A DNA stretch of 64,000 nt, from NCBI GenBank assembly GCA_965231125.1, contig OZ246414.1, forward strand, positions 643,924 through 707,923, given 5' to 3'. The first letter of the stretch is position 1; the number at the start of each line of letters is the position of its first letter. Below, in pieces: positions 31,570 to 41,421 of this stretch. The notes beneath the pieces are model-generated. The model was not told the DNA's origin. It saw only the letters and a list, made by a program, of their open reading frames with translations, and searched no databases. Made by a program: the position numbers and the translations under genes. This DNA comes from an uncultured Gammaproteobacteria bacterium (GTDB taxonomy: Bacteria; Patescibacteriota; Microgenomatia; Woykebacterales; RBG-16-39-9b).

Positions 31570-31745
31570 CAGACGTTTCCATCTGAAAATCCTTGCGGAC
31601 TTTCACTAATGAGCTGCAAAATAAATTTATACTCTAGAATACTAGCGCGCCAACAAACAAGCAACAGAAAGAAATTTTTTGATATATTCAGATCGAAAAC
31701 CCTAACTTGTATTGCTAAAAAACTCTTGTAATTGTATGATTAATA

Positions 31746-32534
31746 TTGATGAACCTGTTCTCAGACGAAGGCCCAAAGCACGACGTAGTTGAATCCCCAT
31801 ACCGAATCTCCTGGGTCAGAGTAGGAAAGGTTATACTTCCAATGCTTCTTCTGGCACTAGCTGCCTCTTATTGGTTCGTCGAGATTTACATTCCCGCACA
31901 AATTTCGCAAAAGGGAACTGAATTCATCCCCGACATAAAAGTATCCACTCAAAGCGCCAAACAAGCAACCTCTTCCGCAGTACCTTTCGCCAAAAAAGTT
32001 GAGCATAAGATAATGCTTTATGACAGTTTCTTCAATCACGCAACTAAAAAAGGTGTCTTGCACACGATTAGTTTTATGGCTTCAGAAAACTGGGTGCTGA
32101 AAAAGAACGATTCAAAAAACAAAAACGATGGGCATTACTATACAGTTGCTGGAACGGATAATTTCTCCATGCAAGTATACGAGATTCCTGGAGGGATAGG
32201 AGGTGGGTGTGTTGGAGGACAAGATGAAGCACCAGCAGATTCGATTGTTGGTACAGAAAAAGTTTCGGTCCAAAATAAAGCTAAATATATAAGACTTATA
32301 GGAAATCTCTCTAAATCTGAGGTCTCACAAGCTTATCTTACAGGTGAAAAGTCAATTCCATGTTATTCCTTAGACAAGGGTATAGTACTTAAAATAAACA
32401 ATAGTGATAATCCAGGAATAAACTTTTATTTATCGATGAGCTTCCAAAAAACAGTTTCCAAGGAACAATTCGTCAACTCTGCTGAATACAAAGCAGCAAA
32501 GGAGTTGTTGCAAAGTTTAACTGTGGTGAATTAG
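31746..32534 (+). CDS. hypothetical membrane-anchored protein
   Basis: N-terminal TM (VILPMLLLALAASYWFV) and an extracytoplasmic domain with a GGIGGGCVGGQDE stretch. No family recognised. Confidence 0.5.
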   Translation: MMNLFSDEGPKHDVVESPYRISWVRVGKVILPMLLLALAASYWFVEIYIPAQISQKGTEFIPDIKVSTQSAKQATSSAVPFAKKVEHKIMLYDSFFNHATKKGVLHTISFMASENWVLKKNDSKNKNDGHYYTVAGTDNFSMQVYEIPGGIGGGCVGGQDEAPADSIVGTEKVSVQNKAKYIRLIGNLSKSEVSQAYLTGEKSIPCYSLDKGIVLKINNSDNPGINFYLSMSFQKTVSKEQFVNSAEYKAAKELLQSLTVVN

Positions 32535-32582
32535 CAATTTCAACCTTCAAATTCCTAGACTAATCTGTTATTATTCAAGTAA

Positions 32583-32876
32583 ATGGCAACCCTCCAGAAC
32601 CAACAACTCCCAGCGAGTCCGCAAGCACCTTGGGCGGGGACGAACTTAGGTAGAATAATTCTTGCTTCGTCTTTAATAATTATTATTATAATAGTTGCTG
32701 TTTTTACTTATTGGCTGCTAGTACTTAAACCCCAAGTAGAATCCCAACCACCCATAACCAACACGCCGATTCAAGCCTCCTCAAGTGCCAAAACCGCGAC
32801 ACCTTCCGCAACATCCTCGGCCACACCAAGCGCCAAACAGGCAACTCAATCCGCTACTGCCTCCGCCAAAAAATAG
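32583..32876 (+). CDS. small membrane protein with Ser/Ala/Thr-rich tail
   Basis: TM (IILASSLIIIIIIVAVFTYWLLVL) then a low-complexity SATPSA repeat tail. Confidence 0.35.
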   Translation: MATLQNQQLPASPQAPWAGTNLGRIILASSLIIIIIIVAVFTYWLLVLKPQVESQPPITNTPIQASSSAKTATPSATSSATPSAKQATQSATASAKK

Positions 32877-32885
32877 ATTGATTGT

Positions 32886-33188
32886 ATGATTGTTATCTAC
32901 ACAACTTTCCCAGATAAGGCATCGGCAGACTCTGTTACCAAAAAACTTCTTGAAGAAAAATTAGCTGCCTGTGTCCAAATTTTTCCAATTGAAAGCACCT
33001 TTTGGTGGAAAGGGAAGCTGGAGGAGAGACAGGAAATTGCTTGCTTTATCAAAACCAAAAAGGCTCTTGCTGAAAAAGCAACCCACGTTTTATCAAAAAA
33101 CTACCCTTACGAAATTCCGGAAATTATAACGATTAACCCAAACTCTGTAAACAAATCCTACTTTGACTGGATCGCCAGTTCCATATAA
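32886..33188 (+). CDS. cutA: divalent-cation tolerance protein CutA
   Basis: IVIYTTFPDKASADSVTKKLLEEKLAACVQIFPIESTFWWKGKLEE...PYEIPEII matches CutA1. Confidence 0.8.
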   Translation: MIVIYTTFPDKASADSVTKKLLEEKLAACVQIFPIESTFWWKGKLEERQEIACFIKTKKALAEKATHVLSKNYPYEIPEIITINPNSVNKSYFDWIASSI

Positions 33189-33207
33189 GATATAAGTAAT
33201 ATCTGCC

Positions 33208-33627
33208 ATGAACCCTGTCTATATTTTTATCGATGTCGTCTCGCTTCTTTTTACATCTGCCGCTGCAACCATAGCTGGTGAAAGAGTCGCTAGTGAGATT
33301 TCTCCCAACGTTTTGGTGTTAGTAATCGTCTTTTTTCTAGCCAGGGCGGCTCTCTACTACGTTTTCTTTAGATCCGTAGTGCAAAGAAAGCTCTCCCTAG
33401 TACGAAACGCCGTGCAGAGCATTTCCCTAATTATTCTGCTCTCCGTGGCGGCTTTTATTTTTACCGTTATATCGACGTATATAGCTAATACAGACACTAA
33501 GTTCTTCTCGGCATTACTAAACCTTACAAACACAAACGGTTTTATATTTTACTTCTTAATTGCACCCCTAATGATGGTATTAATAAGCATTTTTGTGCAT
33601 AAATTTTACAAAATAGAATCTTTATAA
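33208..33627 (+). CDS. hypothetical polytopic membrane protein (4 TM)
   Basis: Four hydrophobic segments. No family recognised. Confidence 0.45.
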   Translation: MNPVYIFIDVVSLLFTSAAATIAGERVASEISPNVLVLVIVFFLARAALYYVFFRSVVQRKLSLVRNAVQSISLIILLSVAAFIFTVISTYIANTDTKFFSALLNLTNTNGFIFYFLIAPLMMVLISIFVHKFYKIESL

Positions 33628-33792
33628 TATTTGACAAAAAAGGCTCTTTTACTTATCATTACCACTAATACCTAGTAGGACTCAAAACAAAGCTAGCTCA
33701 AAGAAACAAACCACCGCGTTTATTTCCTTAGAAAAGGCTCCGTAAAATCTCTACTTTGACTTTACAACTTCAAGCAATCTAAAATTGAAGTA

Positions 33793-34665
33793 ATGATAAC
33801 AAATAAATTTGACCCAAAAATATGTAAAGAAGAGGTTTTGGGGATTGCTTACAGTGGAGGAGGAAACCGCGGCGCCGTGCATCTAGGCACAATGAAAGCT
33901 ATGATTGAAACTGGAATCGCCCCGACTCGCATTACTGGAGTCTCGGCCGGAGCTTTTGTTGGTGCTTTTCACGCAGCGGATCCAAGCTCTTTAAAATATT
34001 TTGAACTGGCGCAAAATCTAGTTTCCCAAATGAGTCGTGACTTGTTTGGCCTTTCTGTACCAGAACTTTTTGCAAAATTTTTAACCCAAGGAGCCGGCAT
34101 TAAAAGTTTGGGCAGTTTAGATAAATTAGAGGGTTTTATGAGAAAAAACTTGCCGTTTACAACTTTTGAGGAATTGGCAATACCATTGGAAATTGGCGTA
34201 ACAAATCAAAAAAACGGCCAAGACACCTGGATTTCAAAAGGAGACATTATAAAACCGCTCCTGGCAACTGCCGCTGTACCGGGAATGCTGCCCCCAGTGG
34301 AGATAGACGGGGTTAATTATATAGATGGGGGAGCTACCGACAATTTACCGCTTTTTGAACTTGCAAAAGGTCGCTGCGGCACTTTGTATGCGTGTAACGC
34401 TGGTTACGGAGGCCAGGCGCTGCGAGGCCCAAAAAACTTTCTGGAAACAATGGTTGCGGCCAGAGAGCTTTCTCATTACCAAACGCAACGCTACGAAGAA
34501 GAACTCATCCGCGCTCTTTACCCTCAAATTAAAATCATTCACATCGAACCAAGAGTGGGACTAGATCTGCCACCTTACGATTTTACGCCCGAAAAAGTGG
34601 GTAAAGTGATCGAAGAAAGCTACGTAAAAACTAAAGAAATTCTGGAAAAAAGTAGTGTAAATTAA
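33793..34665 (+). CDS. patatin-like phospholipase
   Basis: Oxyanion GGGNRGAVHLG, nucleophile elbow GVSAG, catalytic Asp in YIDGGATDNLP. Confidence 0.8.
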   Translation: MITNKFDPKICKEEVLGIAYSGGGNRGAVHLGTMKAMIETGIAPTRITGVSAGAFVGAFHAADPSSLKYFELAQNLVSQMSRDLFGLSVPELFAKFLTQGAGIKSLGSLDKLEGFMRKNLPFTTFEELAIPLEIGVTNQKNGQDTWISKGDIIKPLLATAAVPGMLPPVEIDGVNYIDGGATDNLPLFELAKGRCGTLYACNAGYGGQALRGPKNFLETMVAARELSHYQTQRYEEELIRALYPQIKIIHIEPRVGLDLPPYDFTPEKVGKVIEESYVKTKEILEKSSVN

Positions 34666-34885
34666 ACCAGGTTTGGAATTTGTATTAGGGACTACAGAAT
34701 TTTCGCAGCTCGCGTGATACTTTGTTATTGAAAGAACCTTAAAAGGTAAAGCCCCAAACGGTGTTAGGACAACTAACTACGATAAATTGTCTAGGAGGCC
34801 GACGTTTTCAAATCTCGCGGGATTTGAAACAGACCACCATATTATTCGACGAAGGGTTAGTAACTCGACCGCGCGGGGCCAGGCG

Positions 34886-34916
34886 AAGGAATCCGGTACA
34901 GATGTGCCGGATTTTT
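34886..34916 (+). terminator. intrinsic terminator, orphan (220 nt downstream of patatin, 45 nt upstream of copA start)
   Basis: CCGGTACAGATGTGCCGG hairpin followed by ATTTTTTTG. Confidence 0.55.
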
Positions 34917-34958
34917 TTGTGTTGACCTAACTGTTACCATTTAAATAGGAGGAACTCT

Positions 34959-37211
34959 GTGGTTCGCGAAAAACCAGATAAATCAATCTACACTTGTCCG
35001 ATGCACCCGGAAGTAAAATCGTCTAAACCCGGCGCTTGTCCAAAATGCGGGATGAGTCTTGAGGAAGTCAAAAGGCAAAAGGTAAAAGGCAAAAGTGAAG
35101 AGCCTGAAACTTCGCATGGAGCTTACGCGGATCACGCTATGAAGTCGGCTGCCAAAGTCAACTTTTGGGAAAAGCTAAAGATGAGTATGACGATGAGTAT
35201 GGGGATGGAGCACACTGGTCTTGCTGGACGGGAGATGGCTAAGTTGATGGAAGAAGACATCCGAAATAAGTTTTTCTTCTCTCTTATCTTAACTATTCCA
35301 ATTATTGCCTACTCGCCGGTGGGTGAAAAGATACTGGGGTTAAAACTTCCGACACCAATAGCCGCTCCTTGGTTACTTTTGATACTGACCACTCCAGTTT
35401 TCTTTTATGCTGGTTGGATTTTCCTCTATTCAACTTACAAAGCCCTGCAGCAAAAAACTCTTAACATGTCCGTCTTAATTGCGGTAGGGATAACGGCTGC
35501 TTACGGATTCAGCGTTATTTTAACTTTAATTGGCAGCCCAGATTCTTTTTATGAAGCTGCCGCCATGTTAATTACTTTTGTTCTCTTTGGTCACTGGATG
35601 GAAATGAAATCTCGCCGAGGCACAACTGATGCTTTGCAAGCTCTTTTTGCTCTAGTTCCGCCACAAGCAAGAGTTATTATAGATGGTAAAGAACAGCTAA
35701 TCCCAACCTCAGAGGTGAAGTTAAATGATATTGTTGTGCTCAAACCCGGTGATAAAGTACCAGTCGATGGCGAGATTATTGAAGGCGAGACAGCGATTGA
35801 CGAGTCTCTAGTAACAGGGGAATCCATTCCGGTTGCTAAGAAAAAAGGCGACAGCGTTATCGGTGGTTCAATCAATCAACCGGGGTCCGTCAAGTTCCGC
35901 GCGACCAAAGTCGGTGAAGATACGGCGCTTGCCCAAATTGTCAAAATGGTGGAGATAGCTCAGAATTCAAAGGCACCAGGCCAGAAACTAGCCGATCGCT
36001 TCGCAAAATATTTGGTTATTGTCGCAGTAGGTGGAGGATTACTGACCTTTGCAGTTTGGTTTTTTATTCTCGGGCAACCGCTTCTTTTTGCTTTAACCTT
36101 TGCAATATCTACAGTAGTTATTGCATGTCCGGACGCTTTGGGTCTGGCAACTCCAACTGCAGTTGCAGTTGGTACCGGATTAGGTGCCAAACACAATATT
36201 CTTATTAAAGACGCCCCAACGCTCGAACAAGTCTCGCGGGTGCGGACGGTTGTTCTCGATAAAACTGGGACTCTGACGGAAGGTAAACCTAAAATTACCA
36301 ATGTCTATACTAATAACTTCGACACCAACGAAGCCTTGAGACTGATTGGCGCGGCCGAAGAAAAGTCTTCCCACCCATTGAGTAATGCCATTCTTGAAGA
36401 AGTTAAAGAGAAGAAGCTTTCTTTGCCTAGAAAAGTTGAGCAATTCGAGAATCTCTCCGGTCTCGGTGTCAAAGCAATTGTAGATGGCAAAAAAGTTTTG
36501 GTGGGTACACCTAAGTTGATGCGAGAAAATAATATTGATATTAGGGCTTTAACGGATAAGGTTAATAGACTCCTATCCAATGGAGAAACAGTAATGCTAC
36601 TGGCAGTAGACGGAAGACTAGCCGCTGTGGTGGGTGCAGCTGACTTAATAAAGCCTAACGCCAAAAAAGCAATCGAACTGCTTAACGAACTTGGAATAGA
36701 GACAGCCATGATAACTGGTGATAATGAAGAAACTGCTCAGGCAGTTGCTAAAAAGATAGGAATCAAAAGAGTCTTTGCTGATGTTTTACCATCCGACAAA
36801 GCCAATTACGTCAAGAAACTTCAAGACGAAGGTAACTTTGTCGCTATGGTCGGAGATGGTGTGAATGACGCTCCGGCTCTGGCCCAAGCGGATATTGGTA
36901 TTGCGATTGGAGCCGGAACTGATGTGGCCATCGAAACCGCCAAAGTTGTGCTTATGAAATCCGACCCGACTGACGTACTGCGGGCGATCAAGCTAAGCAA
37001 AGCCACCGTAACCAAGATGAAGCAAAACCTTTTCTGGGCTTCAATTTACAATCTGCTAGCAATTCCGGTTGCGGCTGGAGTTCTTTATCCTAGTCTAGGA
37101 ATCTCGCTAAGGCCGGAGGTTTCCGCTTTGCTGATGAGCGCTTCATCAATAATTGTGGCTACCAATGCGGTGTTACTTAACAGAGCCGAAAAAGATTTGG
37201 TTTCTGTCTAA
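34959..37211 (+). CDS. copA: copper-translocating P1B-type ATPase
   Basis: N-terminal CPMHPEV..CPKCGM metal-binding module, Met-rich MSMTMSMGMEH, 8 TM, TM6 motif IACPDALGLATP (CPD rather than CPC), DKTGTLT, SSHPL, GDGVNDAPAL. GTG start with an AGGAGGAA RBS. Confidence 0.9.
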   Translation: MVREKPDKSIYTCPMHPEVKSSKPGACPKCGMSLEEVKRQKVKGKSEEPETSHGAYADHAMKSAAKVNFWEKLKMSMTMSMGMEHTGLAGREMAKLMEEDIRNKFFFSLILTIPIIAYSPVGEKILGLKLPTPIAAPWLLLILTTPVFFYAGWIFLYSTYKALQQKTLNMSVLIAVGITAAYGFSVILTLIGSPDSFYEAAAMLITFVLFGHWMEMKSRRGTTDALQALFALVPPQARVIIDGKEQLIPTSEVKLNDIVVLKPGDKVPVDGEIIEGETAIDESLVTGESIPVAKKKGDSVIGGSINQPGSVKFRATKVGEDTALAQIVKMVEIAQNSKAPGQKLADRFAKYLVIVAVGGGLLTFAVWFFILGQPLLFALTFAISTVVIACPDALGLATPTAVAVGTGLGAKHNILIKDAPTLEQVSRVRTVVLDKTGTLTEGKPKITNVYTNNFDTNEALRLIGAAEEKSSHPLSNAILEEVKEKKLSLPRKVEQFENLSGLGVKAIVDGKKVLVGTPKLMRENNIDIRALTDKVNRLLSNGETVMLLAVDGRLAAVVGAADLIKPNAKKAIELLNELGIETAMITGDNEETAQAVAKKIGIKRVFADVLPSDKANYVKKLQDEGNFVAMVGDGVNDAPALAQADIGIAIGAGTDVAIETAKVVLMKSDPTDVLRAIKLSKATVTKMKQNLFWASIYNLLAIPVAAGVLYPSLGISLRPEVSALLMSASSIIVATNAVLLNRAEKDLVSV

Positions 37212-37274
37212 ACACCACGACAAATTTTACCCCCTTGACGGCTGCACTACTAATGATTTAAAACATATTGGCTC

Positions 37275-37496
37275 ATGCGGAAATTTAAAATACGAAAAGT
37301 TAAAGCTACAAAGATTTTTTCGATATCCCCAGAAGAGGATAGGGTTCAGACTCTTACTAGTATCGCCCAAGATTTGGAAAGATACACACCAGCGGAAATG
37401 CCCGAAATTGGAACCATCAAAAGTTGGGTCCGCAAAGAGCTTTCTCGAAATCTGGCAAAAGTAAAAGTTCAACACCTTTTCCACTCAAAAACTTAA
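37275..37496 (+). CDS. small hypothetical protein (73 aa), tentative
   Basis: Basic N-terminus; overlapped by other small ORFs. No RBS checked. Confidence 0.25.
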   Translation: MRKFKIRKVKATKIFSISPEEDRVQTLTSIAQDLERYTPAEMPEIGTIKSWVRKELSRNLAKVKVQHLFHSKT

Positions 37497-37537
37497 ATCC
37501 CATTGACTAAAAGGCAACTCCCGACTACAATCACCTT

Positions 37538-37807
37538 ATGGACGACCCAAAATTAGCCTCCGACGCAACTGAAGAAGGCCTCCAAAAAGAACGCGAGAAG
37601 GAAAAAGATTACACTCAATCTTCGCCAGAAATCTCCACCGGCGATACCGATGCTGGCTGGGAAGAATCCGACACCGATGGCACTGAACTTCCTGGCGGTG
37701 GAAATGAGACCCCGGATGAAGCGGACGTTGAGGAAATTGGCAAAGCTACCGGAGAATCGTACGAACCTGGTGAACCCCTAGACCCAACTAAAAAAGAAGG
37801 CTCTTAA
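37538..37807 (+). CDS. acidic hypothetical protein (89 aa)
   Basis: Highly acidic Asp/Glu/Thr/Gly-rich. No family recognised. Confidence 0.4.
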   Translation: MDDPKLASDATEEGLQKEREKEKDYTQSSPEISTGDTDAGWEESDTDGTELPGGGNETPDEADVEEIGKATGESYEPGEPLDPTKKEGS

Positions 37808-37813
37808 CCACCT

Positions 37814-38536
37814 ATGCTTTACAAGGATAAAGACTTAACAGAAGGCGAAGGCGATAAACCTTTCATTTACACTAATTTCGTTTCCACTGTGGATGGAAAA
37901 GTCCAGGTTTTAGAAAATTGGAAATCTTATTGGCCGATCGGTAGCCGAAAAGATTATGAAGTCTTAGTTGAGCTGAGATCTCTGGCCGATGTTACTATTC
38001 ACGGATCCTCGAATGCCAAAACATATCGCTTTGTAAAAACAATTCAAACTCCCTTACTTAAGGAGTTAAGAGAGAAAAGAGGTGTAAATGAAGCTCTGCC
38101 GTATATTGTCTTATCTAACCATCCAGATATTTCTCTTGTAGAGAACTTAAAAAACCCTGACGGGGCAAAGGCTTACTTAGCTACAAGTAAAAAAGCGGTG
38201 GTTCCCGAAGAAACCGAAAAATTTGTTAACCTCATAAGAGTCGGTGAGGAGAGAATCGATCTAAAAGAATTGGTAACCAAACTGGCCTCAGATTTAAACG
38301 CTAAGCGTATTCTGGTGGAAGGTGGTCCTAATCTATTAGGGTCTTTTTTTACCGAAAATTTAATTGACGAAGTTTTTCTGACGGTTACACCAAAGATTTT
38401 TGGAAATCAGCCTGGCAAAACTCTAACACTAGTTGAAGGAGTCCTTTTTCCCGCAGACAAAGTTCGACACCTTAAGCTAGCCTCCGTAAAACAAATAGAA
38501 GATGAACTGTTTTTGCGCTACAAAGTTGAAAAATGA
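37814..38536 (+). CDS. RibD C-terminal-domain / dihydrofolate-reductase-like reductase
   Basis: PFIYTNFVSTVDGKV...ILVEGGPNLLGSFFTENLIDEVFLTVTPKIFG is characteristic of RibD_C/DHFR-like proteins. Confidence 0.7.
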   Translation: MLYKDKDLTEGEGDKPFIYTNFVSTVDGKVQVLENWKSYWPIGSRKDYEVLVELRSLADVTIHGSSNAKTYRFVKTIQTPLLKELREKRGVNEALPYIVLSNHPDISLVENLKNPDGAKAYLATSKKAVVPEETEKFVNLIRVGEERIDLKELVTKLASDLNAKRILVEGGPNLLGSFFTENLIDEVFLTVTPKIFGNQPGKTLTLVEGVLFPADKVRHLKLASVKQIEDELFLRYKVEK

Positions 38537-39018
38537 TTTTAATAAGAAAATTAAGCAAAAAGGACCGCAGCAGTCTAGAGAAAGTTTATACAGAAACAGT
38601 AAAAAGTGAGTTCCCAGAATACTCAAAAAAAGTATTAGACAACTTCGCCACCAAAAAGTACCGCACGCGGGTGCTTTCCCTTCCAACTCAGCTAGGAGCC
38701 TTTGAAAAAGGAAGACTTGTCGGCTATCTTTTAGCTGAAAAACCGGCTGGCGGGGTGGTGTATATTGCGTGGCTCGCTGTAATCAAAGAGCAACAAAAAA
38801 AGGGCATCGGCACAAAACTTTTAGAAAAGTTTGAAAAAATTTCGCGGCAGGCAGGGGTCCACAACATTCAATTTGACACTAACGAAAGGAACATAGGTTA
38901 CTATAAATCTCGGGGTTACGAGCTGGTTGGCCTAGACAAAAAGGGCTATTATGGAGTGGACCACTACATATTGAAAAAACTAATCCAAGAACCAAAAGAA
39001 GAAAATTACTTAAAATAG
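38533..39018 (+). CDS. GNAT-family N-acetyltransferase
   Basis: VYIAWLAVIKEQQKKGIGTKLLEKFEKI (acetyl-CoA binding Q/RxxGxG/A). Confidence 0.75.
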   Translation: MILIRKLSKKDRSSLEKVYTETVKSEFPEYSKKVLDNFATKKYRTRVLSLPTQLGAFEKGRLVGYLLAEKPAGGVVYIAWLAVIKEQQKKGIGTKLLEKFEKISRQAGVHNIQFDTNERNIGYYKSRGYELVGLDKKGYYGVDHYILKKLIQEPKEENYLK

Positions 39019-39092
39019 TCGCCCGAACCTTTGAAAAATCTTTTCTTGACCCTCTGGTATATAATTCCAAAGTAACAAGTTAATAGGGAGTT

Positions 39093-39674
39093 GTGAAGAA
39101 AAGGAGGAGACTCGTGTATATCACGGGAAAAGTAGCCAGGATAGGCTTAGTTTTTCTTGCACTGGTAGCTTTAATTTCTCAAGCCTGCGAAGCTACTAGT
39201 CAAAAAAGCGCGGTACTTGGATTTGCAAACTGTCCGCTGGGTGCTACCCCAACTTCTAATAAGCTCGTAGCCGATAAGTTGGCCCAAAGTTTGTTCGTTG
39301 CCATCAACCACGAACGTTCGATTAGTGGTTTACCCGCTCTATCACAAGAGCCAATAGCAACTTACGTAGCTCAACTGCGTTCGGATGATATGGCAAACCG
39401 CGACTACTTTTCTCACACCAGCCCAGAGGGTGTAGGTGCCTTTGATCTGTTAAATGCCTACGGTGTTCCACGTAGCTGGGAGGGGGAGAATTTAGCCCGT
39501 AACAACTATCCAGATGGGGAGAGCGTTGGCGTTGCGATACGTGATTTAATGAACAGCCCAGGACACCGAGGCGTCATTCTGAACCCAATGTACACGAATC
39601 TTGGTGTCGCCGCTGCCTTTGGTGGTGGTTGTACGAAATACTTCACCATGATCTTTGTTGGGCCACCGTTTTAG
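39093..39674 (+). CDS. CAP/SCP/PR-1 domain protein (YkwD-like), secreted
   Basis: Signal peptide; HTSPEG...RSWEGENLARNNY...DLMNSPGHRGVILNPMYTNLGVAAAFGGG are CAP-domain signature blocks. Confidence 0.7.
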   Translation: MKKRRRLVYITGKVARIGLVFLALVALISQACEATSQKSAVLGFANCPLGATPTSNKLVADKLAQSLFVAINHERSISGLPALSQEPIATYVAQLRSDDMANRDYFSHTSPEGVGAFDLLNAYGVPRSWEGENLARNNYPDGESVGVAIRDLMNSPGHRGVILNPMYTNLGVAAAFGGGCTKYFTMIFVGPPF

Positions 39675-39755
39675 TAGATGGACGTTGTCTATAGTAATCC
39701 CAGACAACGTCCTTTTTTAATTGCTTGTCAACATTCTTAGTGATAGAATCCCTTC

Positions 39756-40211
39756 GTGGACGTCAAAAAATTAATCAGTGAATATTTAAACGAAGCCAAA
39801 GTCATGCAGCTTGCAACTGTCAATAATGGTCGACCTTGGGTGTGTACTGTTAATTATGTCTTTGATGAAAACTGGAACTTATACTGGCTGTCTTTACGCA
39901 GTAGGCGACATTCCCAGGAATTAACCCATCATCGAGAAGTTGCGGGAGCAATTGTAAAAGACCCTTCAATCAAACGTGGTCTTCAGTTTGAAGGTATGGC
40001 TTTTGAAGTCAAAGGTGAGGAACTAACAAAAATTCACAATTTGTATGCGCAGAGTTATGGCGACAAACCAGGACGTCTAGCCGAAGCCCAATCAGAAGAT
40101 GCATCAAAAAGAACTTATTATGGTCTCGAACCCTCTTTATTTGTACTGTACGACGAAGTGAACTTTCCCGAAAACCCAAGACAGGAATTAAAACTAGGCG
40201 AGGACGCGTAA
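39756..40211 (+). CDS. pyridoxamine 5'-phosphate oxidase-like FMN-binding protein
   Basis: VMQLATVNNGRPWVCTVNYVFDENWNLYWLSLRSRRHSQEL; split-barrel PNPOx-like. Confidence 0.7.
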   Translation: MDVKKLISEYLNEAKVMQLATVNNGRPWVCTVNYVFDENWNLYWLSLRSRRHSQELTHHREVAGAIVKDPSIKRGLQFEGMAFEVKGEELTKIHNLYAQSYGDKPGRLAEAQSEDASKRTYYGLEPSLFVLYDEVNFPENPRQELKLGEDA

Positions 40212-40214
40212 ATT

Positions 40215-40979
40215 TTGAGGAAAAAATTTATGAAAAATATGCTTGAAGGAAAAGTTGTTTTAATCACTGGCTCATCGCGACCAAACGGCATTGGTGCGGC
40301 GACAGCTAGGCTGGCCAAAACCTACGGTGCAGATGTAATTATCCACGGAAGAGACGAAAGCGAGAAGTTAAAAAATTTGGCTAAAGAGCTTGATTGTAGT
40401 TACATCGTTTGCGATATAACCAGCGGAAAAGAAGTAGAGAAAGCAGTGAATGAGGTTGTTAAGAAGGTTAATCGTATCGATGTGTTAATCAACTGTGCCG
40501 GTATTGCTCTTCCTGGACAGCTGTTAGAAGCCGATGACAAAAGTTGGCTTGAAACTTTCCAAGTAAATGTTTTAGGTACAATTCATTTTTGTCAGGCGGT
40601 CGTTCCGTTAATGAAAAAACAAGGATCTGGACGAATCGTCAATATTGCTTCCATCCGCGGTCATAGTGTTACTTCAAGTAACAATAGGCTTGCTTACACT
40701 GCTTCAAAATCCGCAATTATCACTCTGACCGCCGCTCTAGCGAAAGACTTAGCTCCAAACATCACCGTTAACGCGGTTTCGCCCGGATTTGTTAATACCG
40801 ATATGACCAAACTCTGGACACAGCGTGTTTGGGATCAGGCCAAAAATGCCTTGATCCCCCGAACCGCCGATCCGAAGGAAATAGCCGAGGTACTTCTTTT
40901 CCTCGCCAGTGACAAAGCAAGTTTTATCACTGGTCAGACAATCACCGTCGATGGTGGCTACACTATTTCTGGAAAGTAA
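40215..40979 (+). CDS. SDR-family oxidoreductase (FabG-like)
   Basis: TGSSRPNGIGAATARLAK (TGxxxGIG), NCAG, catalytic S...YTASKSA, PGFVNTDM. Confidence 0.85.
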   Translation: MRKKFMKNMLEGKVVLITGSSRPNGIGAATARLAKTYGADVIIHGRDESEKLKNLAKELDCSYIVCDITSGKEVEKAVNEVVKKVNRIDVLINCAGIALPGQLLEADDKSWLETFQVNVLGTIHFCQAVVPLMKKQGSGRIVNIASIRGHSVTSSNNRLAYTASKSAIITLTAALAKDLAPNITVNAVSPGFVNTDMTKLWTQRVWDQAKNALIPRTADPKEIAEVLLFLASDKASFITGQTITVDGGYTISGK

Positions 40980-41035
40980 CTCCCTTTTGCATCTGTGTAG
41001 TAAAATAGCCTAAACCAATCCAAGGAGGGAACTAA

Positions 41036-41365
41036 GTGCCAAGAAAGCCCAAACAGGAAAGGTCACGGATTGCGAGAAGGAGATTCCTAACTGCAGCAAG
41101 AAAGAAATTTGGGAGAAAAGGTCTCGGCGTTTCTCGCAGCAAAATTGGTCAATCAATTGGGAGAAACGGTTTTCTAATCAACTACTACTTCGGAAGCAAA
41201 AAAGCCCTCATAAGGGAAGTGGTGGCTGAAATAATTTCCGAAAGAGAGGACTTGGCACAACTACGAAAAAGTCTGGAGGGGTATGCGAACGACCCAGACG
41301 CGCGTGTTGTCATCGAAAGCGTTTTCTTGAGCAAACCAAACAGAAAACGTAAAAAGAGAGGCTAA
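41036..41365 (+). CDS. TetR-family HTH protein, short (109 aa; ligand-binding domain absent)
   Basis: RRRFLTAARKKFGRKGLGVSRSKIGQSIGRNGFLINYYFGSKKALIREVV matches the TetR N-terminal HTH signature (...G.LY.HF.SKE.L). GTG start after a GGAGGG RBS. Confidence 0.5.
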   Translation: MPRKPKQERSRIARRRFLTAARKKFGRKGLGVSRSKIGQSIGRNGFLINYYFGSKKALIREVVAEIISEREDLAQLRKSLEGYANDPDARVVIESVFLSKPNRKRKKRG

Positions 41366-41421
41366 AACCTTAGCCTCTCTTAACTTTTCATTTACCTTCT
41401 AATTTGATAAACTTTCCTTAG

